Position numbers and translations under genes: made by a program. A stretch of 64,000 bases of DNA, from positions 2,240,001 to 2,304,000 of the forward strand of contig CBDCTK010000002.1 of the NCBI GenBank assembly GCA_965222225.1, written 5' to 3'. The notes beneath the pieces are model-generated. The model ran no database searches and was not told the DNA's origin. It worked only from the letters and a program-made list of their open reading frames with translations. The DNA is from Candidatus Poribacteria bacterium (GTDB lineage Bacteria > Poribacteria > WGA-4E > JAJDTR01). Below are positions 1 to 9,196 of this stretch, piece after piece; position 1 is the first letter of the stretch; the number at the start of each line of letters is the position of its first letter.

Positions 1-1382
1 AATCCGACATAAACCAGCGAGGCGAGGATCATCATTGTGGTACATATTCCACCCGGTCGAGCAAATTTGGGCAAGAATCGGCGGTTGATATACAGTGTCA
101 GGGGAACATAGAGCGCCATCGCGAACCCACCCATGTAGGCGGCGTTGAAAAGGAAGCCCAGTTCGCTGACCCCCATCTGCTCCATGACGAAGGTGATTAG
201 GCAGCCGGCGATTATCCAAATGCCCGCTATCAGCATATACCACCAACTCAGTCCCCGTTTCCGCGCGCCCTTGAAGTTGGTGTACACGATGTCGGAAATC
301 GACCGGGAGACGCCGTCAACCAATGCAAGTTGTGTGCTGAATAGCGTTGCCACACCGACTAGCAAGAATATTGTACGTCCGGTACCGCCCCACACTTCGG
401 CGAGCACCTGCGCCTCGTCCCAAATCAGCGTTCCCTTTTCAGGTACAATCCCTTTGGGATGCAGTACGGCGAGGGCGCCAAAGATAAAGAGCATCATGGT
501 CACCGTGTTCAACGCCCAGAAGAAGAGGAGCTGATCTTTCTTCACATAATTCCACCATGCAGTGAAGCGCGTGCGGTTTTCTTCGGTTTCCTCGAAGACA
601 AAACCGGTGGAAGAAACCGTTTCGGTTCGACCCCGGAGCGGGTTTTGCAACTGTGGAAGACGCCCGCCCATACCAATGTTCTTGTCACGCAAGTAGAATG
701 TGTAAAACAGATTGGCTGTACCACCAGCGCCGGCAAAGACGAGCGCGATGAAGAGCGTCTTTACCGACATCCTCGGATCCTTGTATCCTATATTCACCAG
801 CCCACTGCCCAATTCTTTCCAGGTGTCAGCCGACCCGACGGCAATCACTACGGCAATAAGACCGATGGTTACAATCGCCACAAGCACTTCAATGGTTTTC
901 TCGACGGAATTATAGATAAGTTTGGGGCCAAACAGGATGAGCGTCACAGCCCCAAACGTAATCACTGTCCAAAATGTATCGGAACCCCAACCCGCTGGAC
1001 CAATGAGCAAGGCTTTCAGCGCAAGCCCGGCTGCGCGCCCCCAGCCGGGTGCAATCCAACTCACCAACGTCAGCAGAATAAACAACGGCGCAAACCCTCG
1101 CCATACGCGGCTATAACCGGTGTACACAGTTTCGCCCGTCACGATCGTCCAGCGTGCAACCTCGAAATTTACCCACAACTGGATGAAAATCCCGACCATT
1201 GCCGCCCAAACCATGCTCCCGCCATATTCAGCGGCGATTCTTGGCCAAATGACAATCTCGCCCGCACCGATGGATAGACCCACCAGTATCGCACCGGGGC
1301 CGGCTATCTTCCAAAACGGAAGCGTCTTCTCCGGTAAATCGGAGGCCTTGAGGTCGTCAAGCGGCTCATAGATTTTGCTCAT
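1..1382 (-). CDS. Nramp/YcsG-like divalent metal transporter, partial (runs off the left edge)
   Basis: Not in the ORF track. Manual translation from ATG 1382 (GGAGG RBS) gives MSKIYEPLDDLKASDLPEKTLPFWKIAGPGAILVGLSIGAGEIVIWPRIAAEYG...EVARWTIVTGET; multi-TM; GPG..GxGE motif of the family. Confidence 0.75.
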   Translation of the reverse strand, partial: MSKIYEPLDDLKASDLPEKTLPFWKIAGPGAILVGLSIGAGEIVIWPRIAAEYGGSMVWAAMVGIFIQLWVNFEVARWTIVTGETVYTGYSRVWRGFAPLFILLTLVSWIAPGWGRAAGLALKALLIGPAGWGSDTFWTVITFGAVTLILFGPKLIYNSVEKTIEVLVAIVTIGLIAVVIAVGSADTWKELGSGLVNIGYKDPRMSVKTLFIALVFAGAGGTANLFYTFYLRDKNIGMGGRLPQLQNPLRGRTETVSSTGFVFEETEENRTRFTAWWNYVKKDQLLFFWALNTVTMMLFIFGALAVLHPKGIVPEKGTLIWDEAQVLAEVWGGTGRTIFLLVGVATLFSTQLALVDGVSRSISDIVYTNFKGARKRGLSWWYMLIAGIWIIAGCLITFVMEQMGVSELGFLFNAAYMGGFAMALYVPLTLYINRRFLPKFARPGGICTTMMILASLVYVG

Positions 1383-1451
1383 GAACTCTCCTCCAAAATC
1401 GTTAGATGTTTATTGGCAGCAGCCAGTCGCTAAGCTCGACTTTGCACATTT

Positions 1452-1472
1452 GTAGGGTGCGCACTGCGCACC
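1452..1472 (+). repeat. GTAG-type REP hairpin GTAGGGTGCGCACTGCGCACC
   Basis: Identical copy at 7844-7864; variant GTAGGGTGGGCACCGCCCACC at 38666-38686. Confidence 0.8.
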
Positions 1473-1495
1473 AGCCTTTGTAAGCCCCAGAGGGG

Positions 1496-1532
1496 GATTA
1501 AGCGACCGAAAAGGGAGTGCGATAGAGATCCC
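1496..1532 (+). repeat. 37-nt GATC-capped element, followed by the right half of the MITE (1533-1600)
   Basis: GATTAAGCGACCGAAAAGGGAGTGCGATAGAGATCCC then CTTGCCCCGCATTAGTAAG..., matching 16583-16650. Confidence 0.85.
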
Positions 1533-1750
1533 CTTGCCCCGCATTAGTAAGATTTTATTAACGCTATTAATGCACTTCAAATATAGAGAAATGGTATTAC
1601 AAACCGATGGTTGGGGAAAACCATAGATTCTGAGAACTCCTAATTTCCGCCATTATTTCCTTCGCCTCCCCCGCTAGAAACGCCTTTGCAGCTAGTGCAC
1701 TAAGTCCCCGTCATACCGTATTTTATACGGTTTACCCGGCTCCTCTGTTT

Positions 1751-2569
1751 TCAAGCGTCTTCAGACTGTGCACCATTTTCTCGATTAACGATTTCTTTGG
1801 TATGACGAACGGGCGCCATCTCCAAAAATTCCCGCGTCTCAGGCGATAATTTGTCAAACATCTGTTGCGGATAATCCTCCGTGAGTTGGGAACCAACGAC
1901 ATGCAGTGGTCCGCAGCCCAAAAGAAACGCGATTCGATCTCGGTCGGTCGAATTCCACTTCATCGTCCCATGAGTAAGCTCCTCATTGACAATCACAACG
2001 TCGCCGGCTCTTGGCGAAACGTTGACCACACCCTGAGTGAGGCAGCCATCGGAGAAAAATTCTCCGTTATTGAACAGACTTCTGTGCGATCCCGGCACCA
2101 GGACTAACCCCCCGTCACCGGGCAAAACGTCGGTAAAATACCAGAAGACATTAAAGTAATCACACTGAATTTTCCCTTCGACGCAGTAGGTATGTCCCCC
2201 TTGCCAGTAGGGTTCGGGCCGAGGTCCCAGTTTGCCTGCGACAGGTTCCCTCAGGGAGGGCAGTCTTAAAGGCGCATCGTTATGTGTAGTGATTTTCAGG
2301 TGGGTGCTCGGCAACATACGCGGCTTGCGCACGGTCAGTTCTGTGATAATCGGCCAGATTGACAGATGCAGAGCCAGGTTCTCAAGCGCCTTGTCAAAGA
2401 CTAAAAACGGCAGGAAGTCTCCGGGACCAAACGGAATTTTGTCGGCTGACGCATCAATGTAGCGACAGACAGGATCTTGAGCGTTTGCCAACTCGTCGGA
2501 AGTGAGAGCGTTCTTGATGTGCAGGTATCCTGTCGTATCAAATAGATACCGCTGTAGTGGGGTCATCAT
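1751..2569 (-). CDS. PhyH-family (phytanoyl-CoA dioxygenase-like) protein
   Basis: YLFDTTGYLHIKNAL N-terminus; DGGLVLVPGSH; AGDVVIVNEELTHG. Confidence 0.8.
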   Translation of the reverse strand: MMTPLQRYLFDTTGYLHIKNALTSDELANAQDPVCRYIDASADKIPFGPGDFLPFLVFDKALENLALHLSIWPIITELTVRKPRMLPSTHLKITTHNDAPLRLPSLREPVAGKLGPRPEPYWQGGHTYCVEGKIQCDYFNVFWYFTDVLPGDGGLVLVPGSHRSLFNNGEFFSDGCLTQGVVNVSPRAGDVVIVNEELTHGTMKWNSTDRDRIAFLLGCGPLHVVGSQLTEDYPQQMFDKLSPETREFLEMAPVRHTKEIVNRENGAQSEDA

Positions 2570-2993
2570 TGAAATAGTGCCTCACTGCGTTCAACCGTAC
2601 CTGCTGACGCAGAGCCGCAAGTCTACGTAGGATTGGCTAGCGAACAGGTGATTTTGCGCTAGGAAAAAAGCCGGTTGAGTTCAACGATGCACTGAAAAAT
2701 CGCAATCACCCCAACCACCGGCAGATTATAGCAAAGCATCAAGAAATCCTCAAGCGAAAAGGCAGTCAAGCAAGTCTCAGTATTGACGTTTGTCCTCTGC
2801 AACGACTGGGAAGCGTAGAGTTAGAAGGATGGGAGATTCTCTTCGACCCTACACGCGAGATGCAAAGTGTATTCTCTTAACTTCCTTTAGTATGTTATAC
2901 TTAGTTTTCAAGTTGCCGGTAGGTTTGGACAATCTCCCGCGTGAACGCGAAAGATTGCAATTCTGTTCCGCGGCGCCAATTTAGGAAAGAAAA

Positions 2994-4808
2994 ATGGAGA
3001 CTCCCACAACCTCCAATCACGCTTTCACCGAAAGGGCTGAAGCAATTGCCAAATCGCTGTATCCGCATCAGATCGAGGGGATTGCGTTTCTGCTTGGGCG
3101 TCGTCGTTCTCTCCTAACGGACGACATGGGCTTGGGTAAAACCCGTCAGTCCATCATTGCCATGATCGAAGCCGAGCTCGATGGGCCCTATCTGGTAATA
3201 TGCCCCGCATCGGTGAAGCGGAACTGGGTACGGGAGATCGAGATTGTCCTGCCGGAAGCCCAAACCGCAATCATTGGTCCTGCCCCGTTGCCGGCGCGTG
3301 ATTTCCGCGGCTGGGTTGTCCTCAATTACGACATCCTCGGCAAGCATCTGGAAGGGCTAACGCAATTTAGTTGGTCGGGAATGGTATTCGACGAAGCGCA
3401 CTACCTGAAAAACCACCGAAGCCAACGTTCTCGCCACGCGAGCAAGCTGGTCAAGCAAACCGCGGGCGAGCCTGTGGTACACGCCTTGACGGGGACGCCC
3501 TTGACGAGTCGTCCCCGCGATCTCTTCCCGCTACTCCAACTCATCGAACACCCGCTTGGCAAGAGTTTTCTGAGTTTCGCGAAGCGTTACTGCGAAGGAT
3601 ATCAGGGAGAATACGGACTGGTCGCAGACGGCGCCAGCAACATCGAAGAATTGACCCTCCAACTGCACGGCATCATGCTCCGTCGGACTAAGGATGAGGT
3701 GCTGGATCTCCCTCCGAAATTCCGGACGTGGCTGGACATCGATCTGCACCCGCGTGCCGTCGAGCACTTCAACAAGGCGGTGCGTGAATTTCTTCTGACA
3801 ACGAACGATCCCTCAGAACTTTCGGATTCTCAAGAGGATGACGATTCGGAAGCCGGGCAAAGACGGCGGCGTGTTATCGGTCAATTGACGACCGCTCGGA
3901 GAAAGTTGGCGTTTGCGAAGTGTCACGATACAATCAAATTGGTCGAAAATGCGCTGGAACAGGACGAAAAAGTTATTGTGTTTTCAGCGTTCGTGAACAC
4001 GATTGAACGGTTTTCCAAGCGTTTTGGCGCCGAGGCGGTTGCCGTCTTCGGTGAAGTACCGGCTGAAGAACGCCAAGAACGGGTTGACCAATTTCAGAAT
4101 GACCCGGAAGTCAGAGTGTTTCTAGCCAATCTCCATGTAGGCGGGGTTGGGCTCAATCTGGCCGCCGCCCGGCAGGTGGTGTTCAACGACCTTGATTGGG
4201 TGCCGGCGAACCATTGGCAGGCGGAAGACCGAGCATACCGAATCGGCCAGACGGCGCCCGTCAATGTGACATACATGATTGCACGCGACACGGTTGACGA
4301 ATTTGTGCGGACCGTGTTGGAAACCAAAGCTCGGTTGATGGAAGATCTCGTCGAAGGCAAGGCGCTCGGCGTTGACTTGGGCACCGATGTCATCAGCGAA
4401 CTCAAACAGATGATGAAAGCCATCCCGACCCGATTGGACGAACTTTCGGGAAACGGTGGTGAGGAAGCCCAAATGAGCTCCGTGCTTCGAGAAGCCGGTG
4501 ATGCCTACATCAAGGAAAACGCCTCTTATCTCAACGAAGCCGTCCGGCGACAACTCCTGCCATATTCTCAGAAAGCGATTGAAACCCTGGCGAAAGTTCT
4601 CGCAGGTCCTGTGCGAACCGTGTATCGGGCGGAGAGCACGTCCAAACCGGGACAGTTATACCAGCTTGAGGTCGTCGGTGCAGACATCACGTGCGACTGC
4701 CCCGGCTTCACTCACCGAGGCAGTTGCCGGCATGTGCGCGTACTAAAACCGGTTTTGGTAGCGGACAAACCTTTACCGAAAGGTTACTCGCAAATGGAGG
4801 GGCTGTAA
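2994..4808 (+). CDS. SNF2-family helicase/translocase with C-terminal SWIM zinc finger
   Basis: DDMGLGKT, DEAH, LTGTP, QAEDRAYRIGQ motifs; C-terminal CDCPGFTHRGSCRH. Confidence 0.9.
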   Translation: METPTTSNHAFTERAEAIAKSLYPHQIEGIAFLLGRRRSLLTDDMGLGKTRQSIIAMIEAELDGPYLVICPASVKRNWVREIEIVLPEAQTAIIGPAPLPARDFRGWVVLNYDILGKHLEGLTQFSWSGMVFDEAHYLKNHRSQRSRHASKLVKQTAGEPVVHALTGTPLTSRPRDLFPLLQLIEHPLGKSFLSFAKRYCEGYQGEYGLVADGASNIEELTLQLHGIMLRRTKDEVLDLPPKFRTWLDIDLHPRAVEHFNKAVREFLLTTNDPSELSDSQEDDDSEAGQRRRRVIGQLTTARRKLAFAKCHDTIKLVENALEQDEKVIVFSAFVNTIERFSKRFGAEAVAVFGEVPAEERQERVDQFQNDPEVRVFLANLHVGGVGLNLAAARQVVFNDLDWVPANHWQAEDRAYRIGQTAPVNVTYMIARDTVDEFVRTVLETKARLMEDLVEGKALGVDLGTDVISELKQMMKAIPTRLDELSGNGGEEAQMSSVLREAGDAYIKENASYLNEAVRRQLLPYSQKAIETLAKVLAGPVRTVYRAESTSKPGQLYQLEVVGADITCDCPGFTHRGSCRHVRVLKPVLVADKPLPKGYSQMEGL

Positions 4809-4996
4809 ATACATAACCCAAATCAAGCCAATCATTGCTCGCGGTGGATTGACAATTCCACTGCACATCTGCGGGCGCGGCTTGGATACGTATATCCATG
4901 CCTCGCAGATTTTCTTCTTCAAAGCAGTAATCTCTGCGCCGACTTATGAATTGCCCGATCACACGGACGCCATAACCAAAAAATGGGGAGATTAAC

Positions 4997-7831
4997 ATGG
5001 AATCAGAACATAAACCGGCTGAAACATTATATTTAATAGACGGACACGCCCAGATTTTTCGCGCTTACTACGCCATCCGCGGAGGACTGCGTAGCCCGGC
5101 GGGGGAACCGACCCACGCCGTCTTTGGCTTTACGGGCATGTTGATCAAGCTCCTCTCCGAAATTCGTCCTCAGTACGTCGTGGCGGCACTAGATATGCCG
5201 GGACCGACGTTTCGTGACGAGCTTTACGACGAGTACAAAGGAACACGGGAAGCCACCCCTGACGATCTAATCTCGCAAATTCCTCGCATCTGTCAGGTGC
5301 TTGAACACTTCGCTATTCCGATAATTGGCGTAGAGGGATTGGAAGCGGACGACGTCATCGCCACGATTACGCAACGAATACTTGATGATCCTTCATGCGA
5401 AGACTTGTACATCCGCATCATATCCAAGGACAAAGACCTTGAGCAACTTCTCGGCGATCGCGTTACAATGTTCGACATCCATACGGATAAAACAATCGAC
5501 GTGGAGTCGCTTTGGACAGACAAAGGCATCACTCCGGCACAAGTTATTGACATGCTGGTGCTGATGGGCGATACAGTCGACAACGTGCCCGGCGTCGAAG
5601 GCATCGGTCCCAAGACCGCCACCAAACTGATACAAGACTTTGAATCAATCGACGGCATCTTTGCCAATATCGACAAAATTAAAGGCAAACGTCGGGAAAA
5701 CCTAGAAAAGGCGCAGGCTCATCTGCCCCTGTCACGCACCCTTGTAACACTGAAGCGCGACGCCGATTTCCCGTTTTCACTTGAGCAAGCGCGGGTCAAC
5801 CCGCTTGAACTTCAGAAGATCCTGCCGCTGTTTCAAGAGTTGGGCTTTAATCGCTTTCAGCTTGAGGTTGAACAACTTGCCGGCGGCGCCGAAGTCACCT
5901 CCGCTCCGAAGACTGGTGAACGTGAGACAAGAGAGGAGCGCGTCGCCGTTTTGGAGGAGCAAACGACAGCGATTCTGGAAAAAGGCGAATACGAAACCGC
6001 GGACGGGGGCGATTATACAGCCATCACGACACCCGATCAGTTGGAGGCGCTCGCTGCAACCCTCCGTGCACAATCAATTATCAGCGTTGATACCGAAACA
6101 ACTAGCTTGGCGCGGGATGCGGCGCTTTGTGGACTGAGTTTCGCATGGAAACCCGGACACGGCGTTTACGTCCCCGTTCGCTCGCCAAACCCCAGCGACC
6201 ACCTTGACGCCGAAACCGCCCTAACCGTCTTGGGCCCAATCCTGTCGGACGGCAATCTGCACAAGTGCGGACACAATCTGAAGTTTGACGCGCAGGTGTT
6301 GTTGCGAAACGGCGTAAAACTGCGCGGTGTGGTGTTCGACTCAATGCTTGCCAGTCTTCTGATTGATCCGGAGCAGCCGGGCCACCGGCTTGATACCGTC
6401 GCTTTGCTGCATCTGAACTACAAGATGATTCCGCTCTCCGACCTGATAGGAGAGGTAGATAAAGAGACCAGCATCGACACGGTTCCGTTGGCACAGGTCA
6501 CGAGCTACGCCTCGGAGGACACCGACATCGTATTGCGTCTCTATCATCACCTCCTACCAAAGCTGGAGGAAATGGGCATGACCGCTCTCGTGCGGGACAT
6601 CGAATCGCCTCTCGCGCCCATCATCGCGGAGATCGAGTTCAACGGCATCGTCTGCGACCCGGAGGAGTTGAAGCGTCAAGGCGACGTCATTAACGAGCGT
6701 ATCGACGCTCTCAGAAGCGAAATATGGGAGCTTGCCGGTGGCGAATTTCATCTTGAATCAACACACCAACTCGGGGATGTGCTTTTCAACAAACTCGGTT
6801 TTGAGCCCGTTAAAAAGACGAAGAGCGGCAGATGGGGAACGGATGTGACGGTGTTGGAACGGTTAACCGGGCAGGAGGATGCAAATGATCCGCCCACGGC
6901 AGTGCCGCGCCTCATTATCGAGTATCGTCAACTCACCAAATTGGCGAGCACTTACCTTGGGCAATTACGGAGCGCCGTGAACAAGGACACCGGGCGCATT
7001 CATGCAACATTTCACCAACTAACCACCGCGACAGGACGGTTGGCATCGCATGGGCCAAACCTTCAGAATATCCCGGTTCGGACGAAGGTGGGCCGCCAAA
7101 TTCGCAAAGCATTCAAAGCGCCTGAAGGCCGCAAGTTGATTTGCGCGGACTATTCGCAAATCGAACTCCGTTTGCTCGCACATTTCAGCGAGGATCCCAA
7201 TTTAATCGAGGTCTTTGAGCAGGGACTGGATATCCACACCTCCGTGGCTTCTCAGGTCTATGGAGTCCCGATTGAAGCCGTGACCCGCGAGCAACGTGAC
7301 CAAGCGAAGACCATTAACTTCGGAATCATCTACGGGATTTCTGCATTCGGACTTTCTCGGCGGATTAAGGGCATGGACATGAGAACCGCGACGTCGTTAA
7401 TCAACGACTACAAGGAACGTTTCCCGGGAATCGATGCCTTCTTGAACCGGTGTATCCAACACGCTTTGGAACACGGTTATGTTGCCACGCTGACCGGACG
7501 GCGACGCGCAATTCCGGAGATTCACTCGCCGAACCGAAACAGGCAGAGTCAAGGCGAGCGGTTGGCATTCAACACCGTAGTTCAAGGGAGCGCGGCAGAC
7601 TTAATCAAAGCGGCAATGGTCAACGTGCAGAACCGGATTGAACGAGACAGTTTGCCGCTGAAACTGTTGCTCCAAATCCATGACGAGTTGGTCTACGAAA
7701 CCCCCGATTCGCTCGCCGAGGAACACGCAGCCATCGTGCGTAACGAGATGGAACATGCGATGGATTTGAGAGTCCCTCTCCTCACCGATGTGGGGATTGG
7801 GGACAACTGGATGTCTGCCAAGTCGGACTAA
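4997..7831 (+). CDS. polA: DNA polymerase I
   Basis: 5'-3' exonuclease (LIDGH, EADDVIAT, GDTVDNVPGV), 3'-5' exonuclease DTETT, polymerase motifs DYSQIELR, KTINFGIIYG, QIHDELV. Confidence 0.97.
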   Translation: MESEHKPAETLYLIDGHAQIFRAYYAIRGGLRSPAGEPTHAVFGFTGMLIKLLSEIRPQYVVAALDMPGPTFRDELYDEYKGTREATPDDLISQIPRICQVLEHFAIPIIGVEGLEADDVIATITQRILDDPSCEDLYIRIISKDKDLEQLLGDRVTMFDIHTDKTIDVESLWTDKGITPAQVIDMLVLMGDTVDNVPGVEGIGPKTATKLIQDFESIDGIFANIDKIKGKRRENLEKAQAHLPLSRTLVTLKRDADFPFSLEQARVNPLELQKILPLFQELGFNRFQLEVEQLAGGAEVTSAPKTGERETREERVAVLEEQTTAILEKGEYETADGGDYTAITTPDQLEALAATLRAQSIISVDTETTSLARDAALCGLSFAWKPGHGVYVPVRSPNPSDHLDAETALTVLGPILSDGNLHKCGHNLKFDAQVLLRNGVKLRGVVFDSMLASLLIDPEQPGHRLDTVALLHLNYKMIPLSDLIGEVDKETSIDTVPLAQVTSYASEDTDIVLRLYHHLLPKLEEMGMTALVRDIESPLAPIIAEIEFNGIVCDPEELKRQGDVINERIDALRSEIWELAGGEFHLESTHQLGDVLFNKLGFEPVKKTKSGRWGTDVTVLERLTGQEDANDPPTAVPRLIIEYRQLTKLASTYLGQLRSAVNKDTGRIHATFHQLTTATGRLASHGPNLQNIPVRTKVGRQIRKAFKAPEGRKLICADYSQIELRLLAHFSEDPNLIEVFEQGLDIHTSVASQVYGVPIEAVTREQRDQAKTINFGIIYGISAFGLSRRIKGMDMRTATSLINDYKERFPGIDAFLNRCIQHALEHGYVATLTGRRRAIPEIHSPNRNRQSQGERLAFNTVVQGSAADLIKAAMVNVQNRIERDSLPLKLLLQIHDELVYETPDSLAEEHAAIVRNEMEHAMDLRVPLLTDVGIGDNWMSAKSD

Positions 7832-7843
7832 GAGTTCTCACTT

Positions 7844-7957
7844 GTAGGGTGCGCACTGCGCACCAGCATTTGAAAGCGCCAGCGTGCAATCAAGCGACCG
7901 AATGGTGAGCGATCAACTGAGATTAAACGAGCGAACAACGAGTGCGATAGAGAATCC
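7844..7957 (+). repeat. REP followed by stacked 37-nt elements (two 5' fragments and a full unit at 7921-7957)
   Basis: AATCAAGCGACCGAATGGTGAGC / GATCAACTGA / GATTAAACGAGCGAACAACGAGTGCGATAGAGAATCC. Confidence 0.75.
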
Positions 7958-8103
7958 TCGGCGATCGTCAAATCACCGATTTCCCCTCTTACTGCGCACC
8001 CCAGATGATGGTGATAAAAAACTCAGTTCCAAGGCGAATGGTGCTTATACAAATAGATTTGCAGCAAGTTCGAGGTTCTGTTGACATTTCATTGTCACCA
8101 GAT

Positions 8104-8161
8104 GGGCGAGGGGAAGATCCCTATCGCATTCGCTATTCGCTCACCTGATCCTCGCCCTTAC
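8104..8161 (-). repeat. 37-nt element (8114-8150) inside a GTAAGGGCGAG...CCTCGCCC hairpin
   Basis: Reverse complement reads GTAAGGGCGAG-GATCAGGTGAGCGAATAGCGAATGCGATAGGGATCTT-CCCCTCGCCC. Confidence 0.8.
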
Positions 8162-8197
8162 GATTACGCACACGCCTAACATAAATGTCAACGGAAC

Positions 8198-8890
8198 CTA
8201 GTGTGTTTCAGCAGGCGGTGGCGTATTTTGCTTTCTTCGCGCTAAACTCTCCCAAATTTCGTCACTCTCGACATAGCGTTTCAACTTGGCTTTGGGTTCG
8301 TCGAAAATTGGAGTGCCATGCCCGAAACAGATGAAATTAAATGCGTAGTTCAATAGTTGAGAGATGGAATTCCGCGCCATCTTCAAATCCCCAATATATT
8401 CGGGTGCATAGATTCCCAGATCTCCGTCAACGATGCCCGCGTCCTGCCTGCCGCCGGAAAGCATGTCACCGATGATTAGTCCGCCTCCAACCTCTCGAAC
8501 CAGCAAAACCGTCTCGGGAAAATAGACATCCGAAACGTAAATTGGGTCGATAAAATCCCACAATCGTCCACCGTGGACAAACGTCCCATCAAGAGATGTT
8601 TCGTACCTGTCGAGTTCAATTTCATTCGCCCAAATTTCACATCCCCAGCGCTGCCTGAAGACTTCGGATTCGCGCAGGTGAAATTCGCACGTCAGAAGGA
8701 TGTGTGTGGGAGTCCGAATCTGCTCAATCTCTTGGGCGTCACTTGAAGATATCGGCAGTGGATCGACTGTCACTGCCACATCTTCATCGGGAACATTTAT
8801 CAGATAGCTGTTCCATGGGTACGGCTCATTTCTCGCCGCTCCGTGAATCTCCGACCAGCCGTAGATATGGGAAGAAATCTGTCGTAGCAT
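8198..8890 (-). CDS. Metallo-beta-lactamase-fold hydrolase-like protein
   Basis: NSYLI, VDP, HILLTCEFHLR (degenerate HxHxDH), IIGD, CFGHG. Confidence 0.65.
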   Translation of the reverse strand: MLRQISSHIYGWSEIHGAARNEPYPWNSYLINVPDEDVAVTVDPLPISSSDAQEIEQIRTPTHILLTCEFHLRESEVFRQRWGCEIWANEIELDRYETSLDGTFVHGGRLWDFIDPIYVSDVYFPETVLLVREVGGGLIIGDMLSGGRQDAGIVDGDLGIYAPEYIGDLKMARNSISQLLNYAFNFICFGHGTPIFDEPKAKLKRYVESDEIWESLARRKQNTPPPAETH

Positions 8891-9010
8891 TTAGAATCAG
8901 CGTGAGAACGCCTCTATCTGGGGATGTATTATAGTCATTGCAACTAAGAATTACACATATAGGATTTGCGCTGTTCGGCTTGTAGTAGCACAATTTGTTG
9001 CGCGTCTTCT

Positions 9011-9151
9011 GTAGGAGCGATCAAGCGAACACTCAACTGAGTGGATAATGACCGCGATTAGGAGAGCGATCCCATAGAGATCGCTCTCCTAATCGCGAGC
9101 TCCTTCTGTTGCGACAAAATCCCTGAATCGCGAGCTGGAGCTCGCTCCTAC
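9011..9151. repeat. Inverted REP pair (REPIN-like); the left REP carries nested 37-nt elements and a perfect 19-bp stem
   Basis: GTAGGAGC-GATCAAGCGA... on the left, AATCGCGAGCTGGAGCTCGCTCCTAC on the right; stem 9053-9071 pairs with 9079-9097. Confidence 0.75.
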
Positions 9152-9196
9152 AACCCGTTTTGTATGGTGCGCACCAAGACGAAGCCCTGCCCTCCG

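Noticed and set aside
145-1371. Plus-strand ORFs at 145, 459, 712, 922 and 1120
   Set aside because: Antisense shadows of the minus-strand Nramp-like gene
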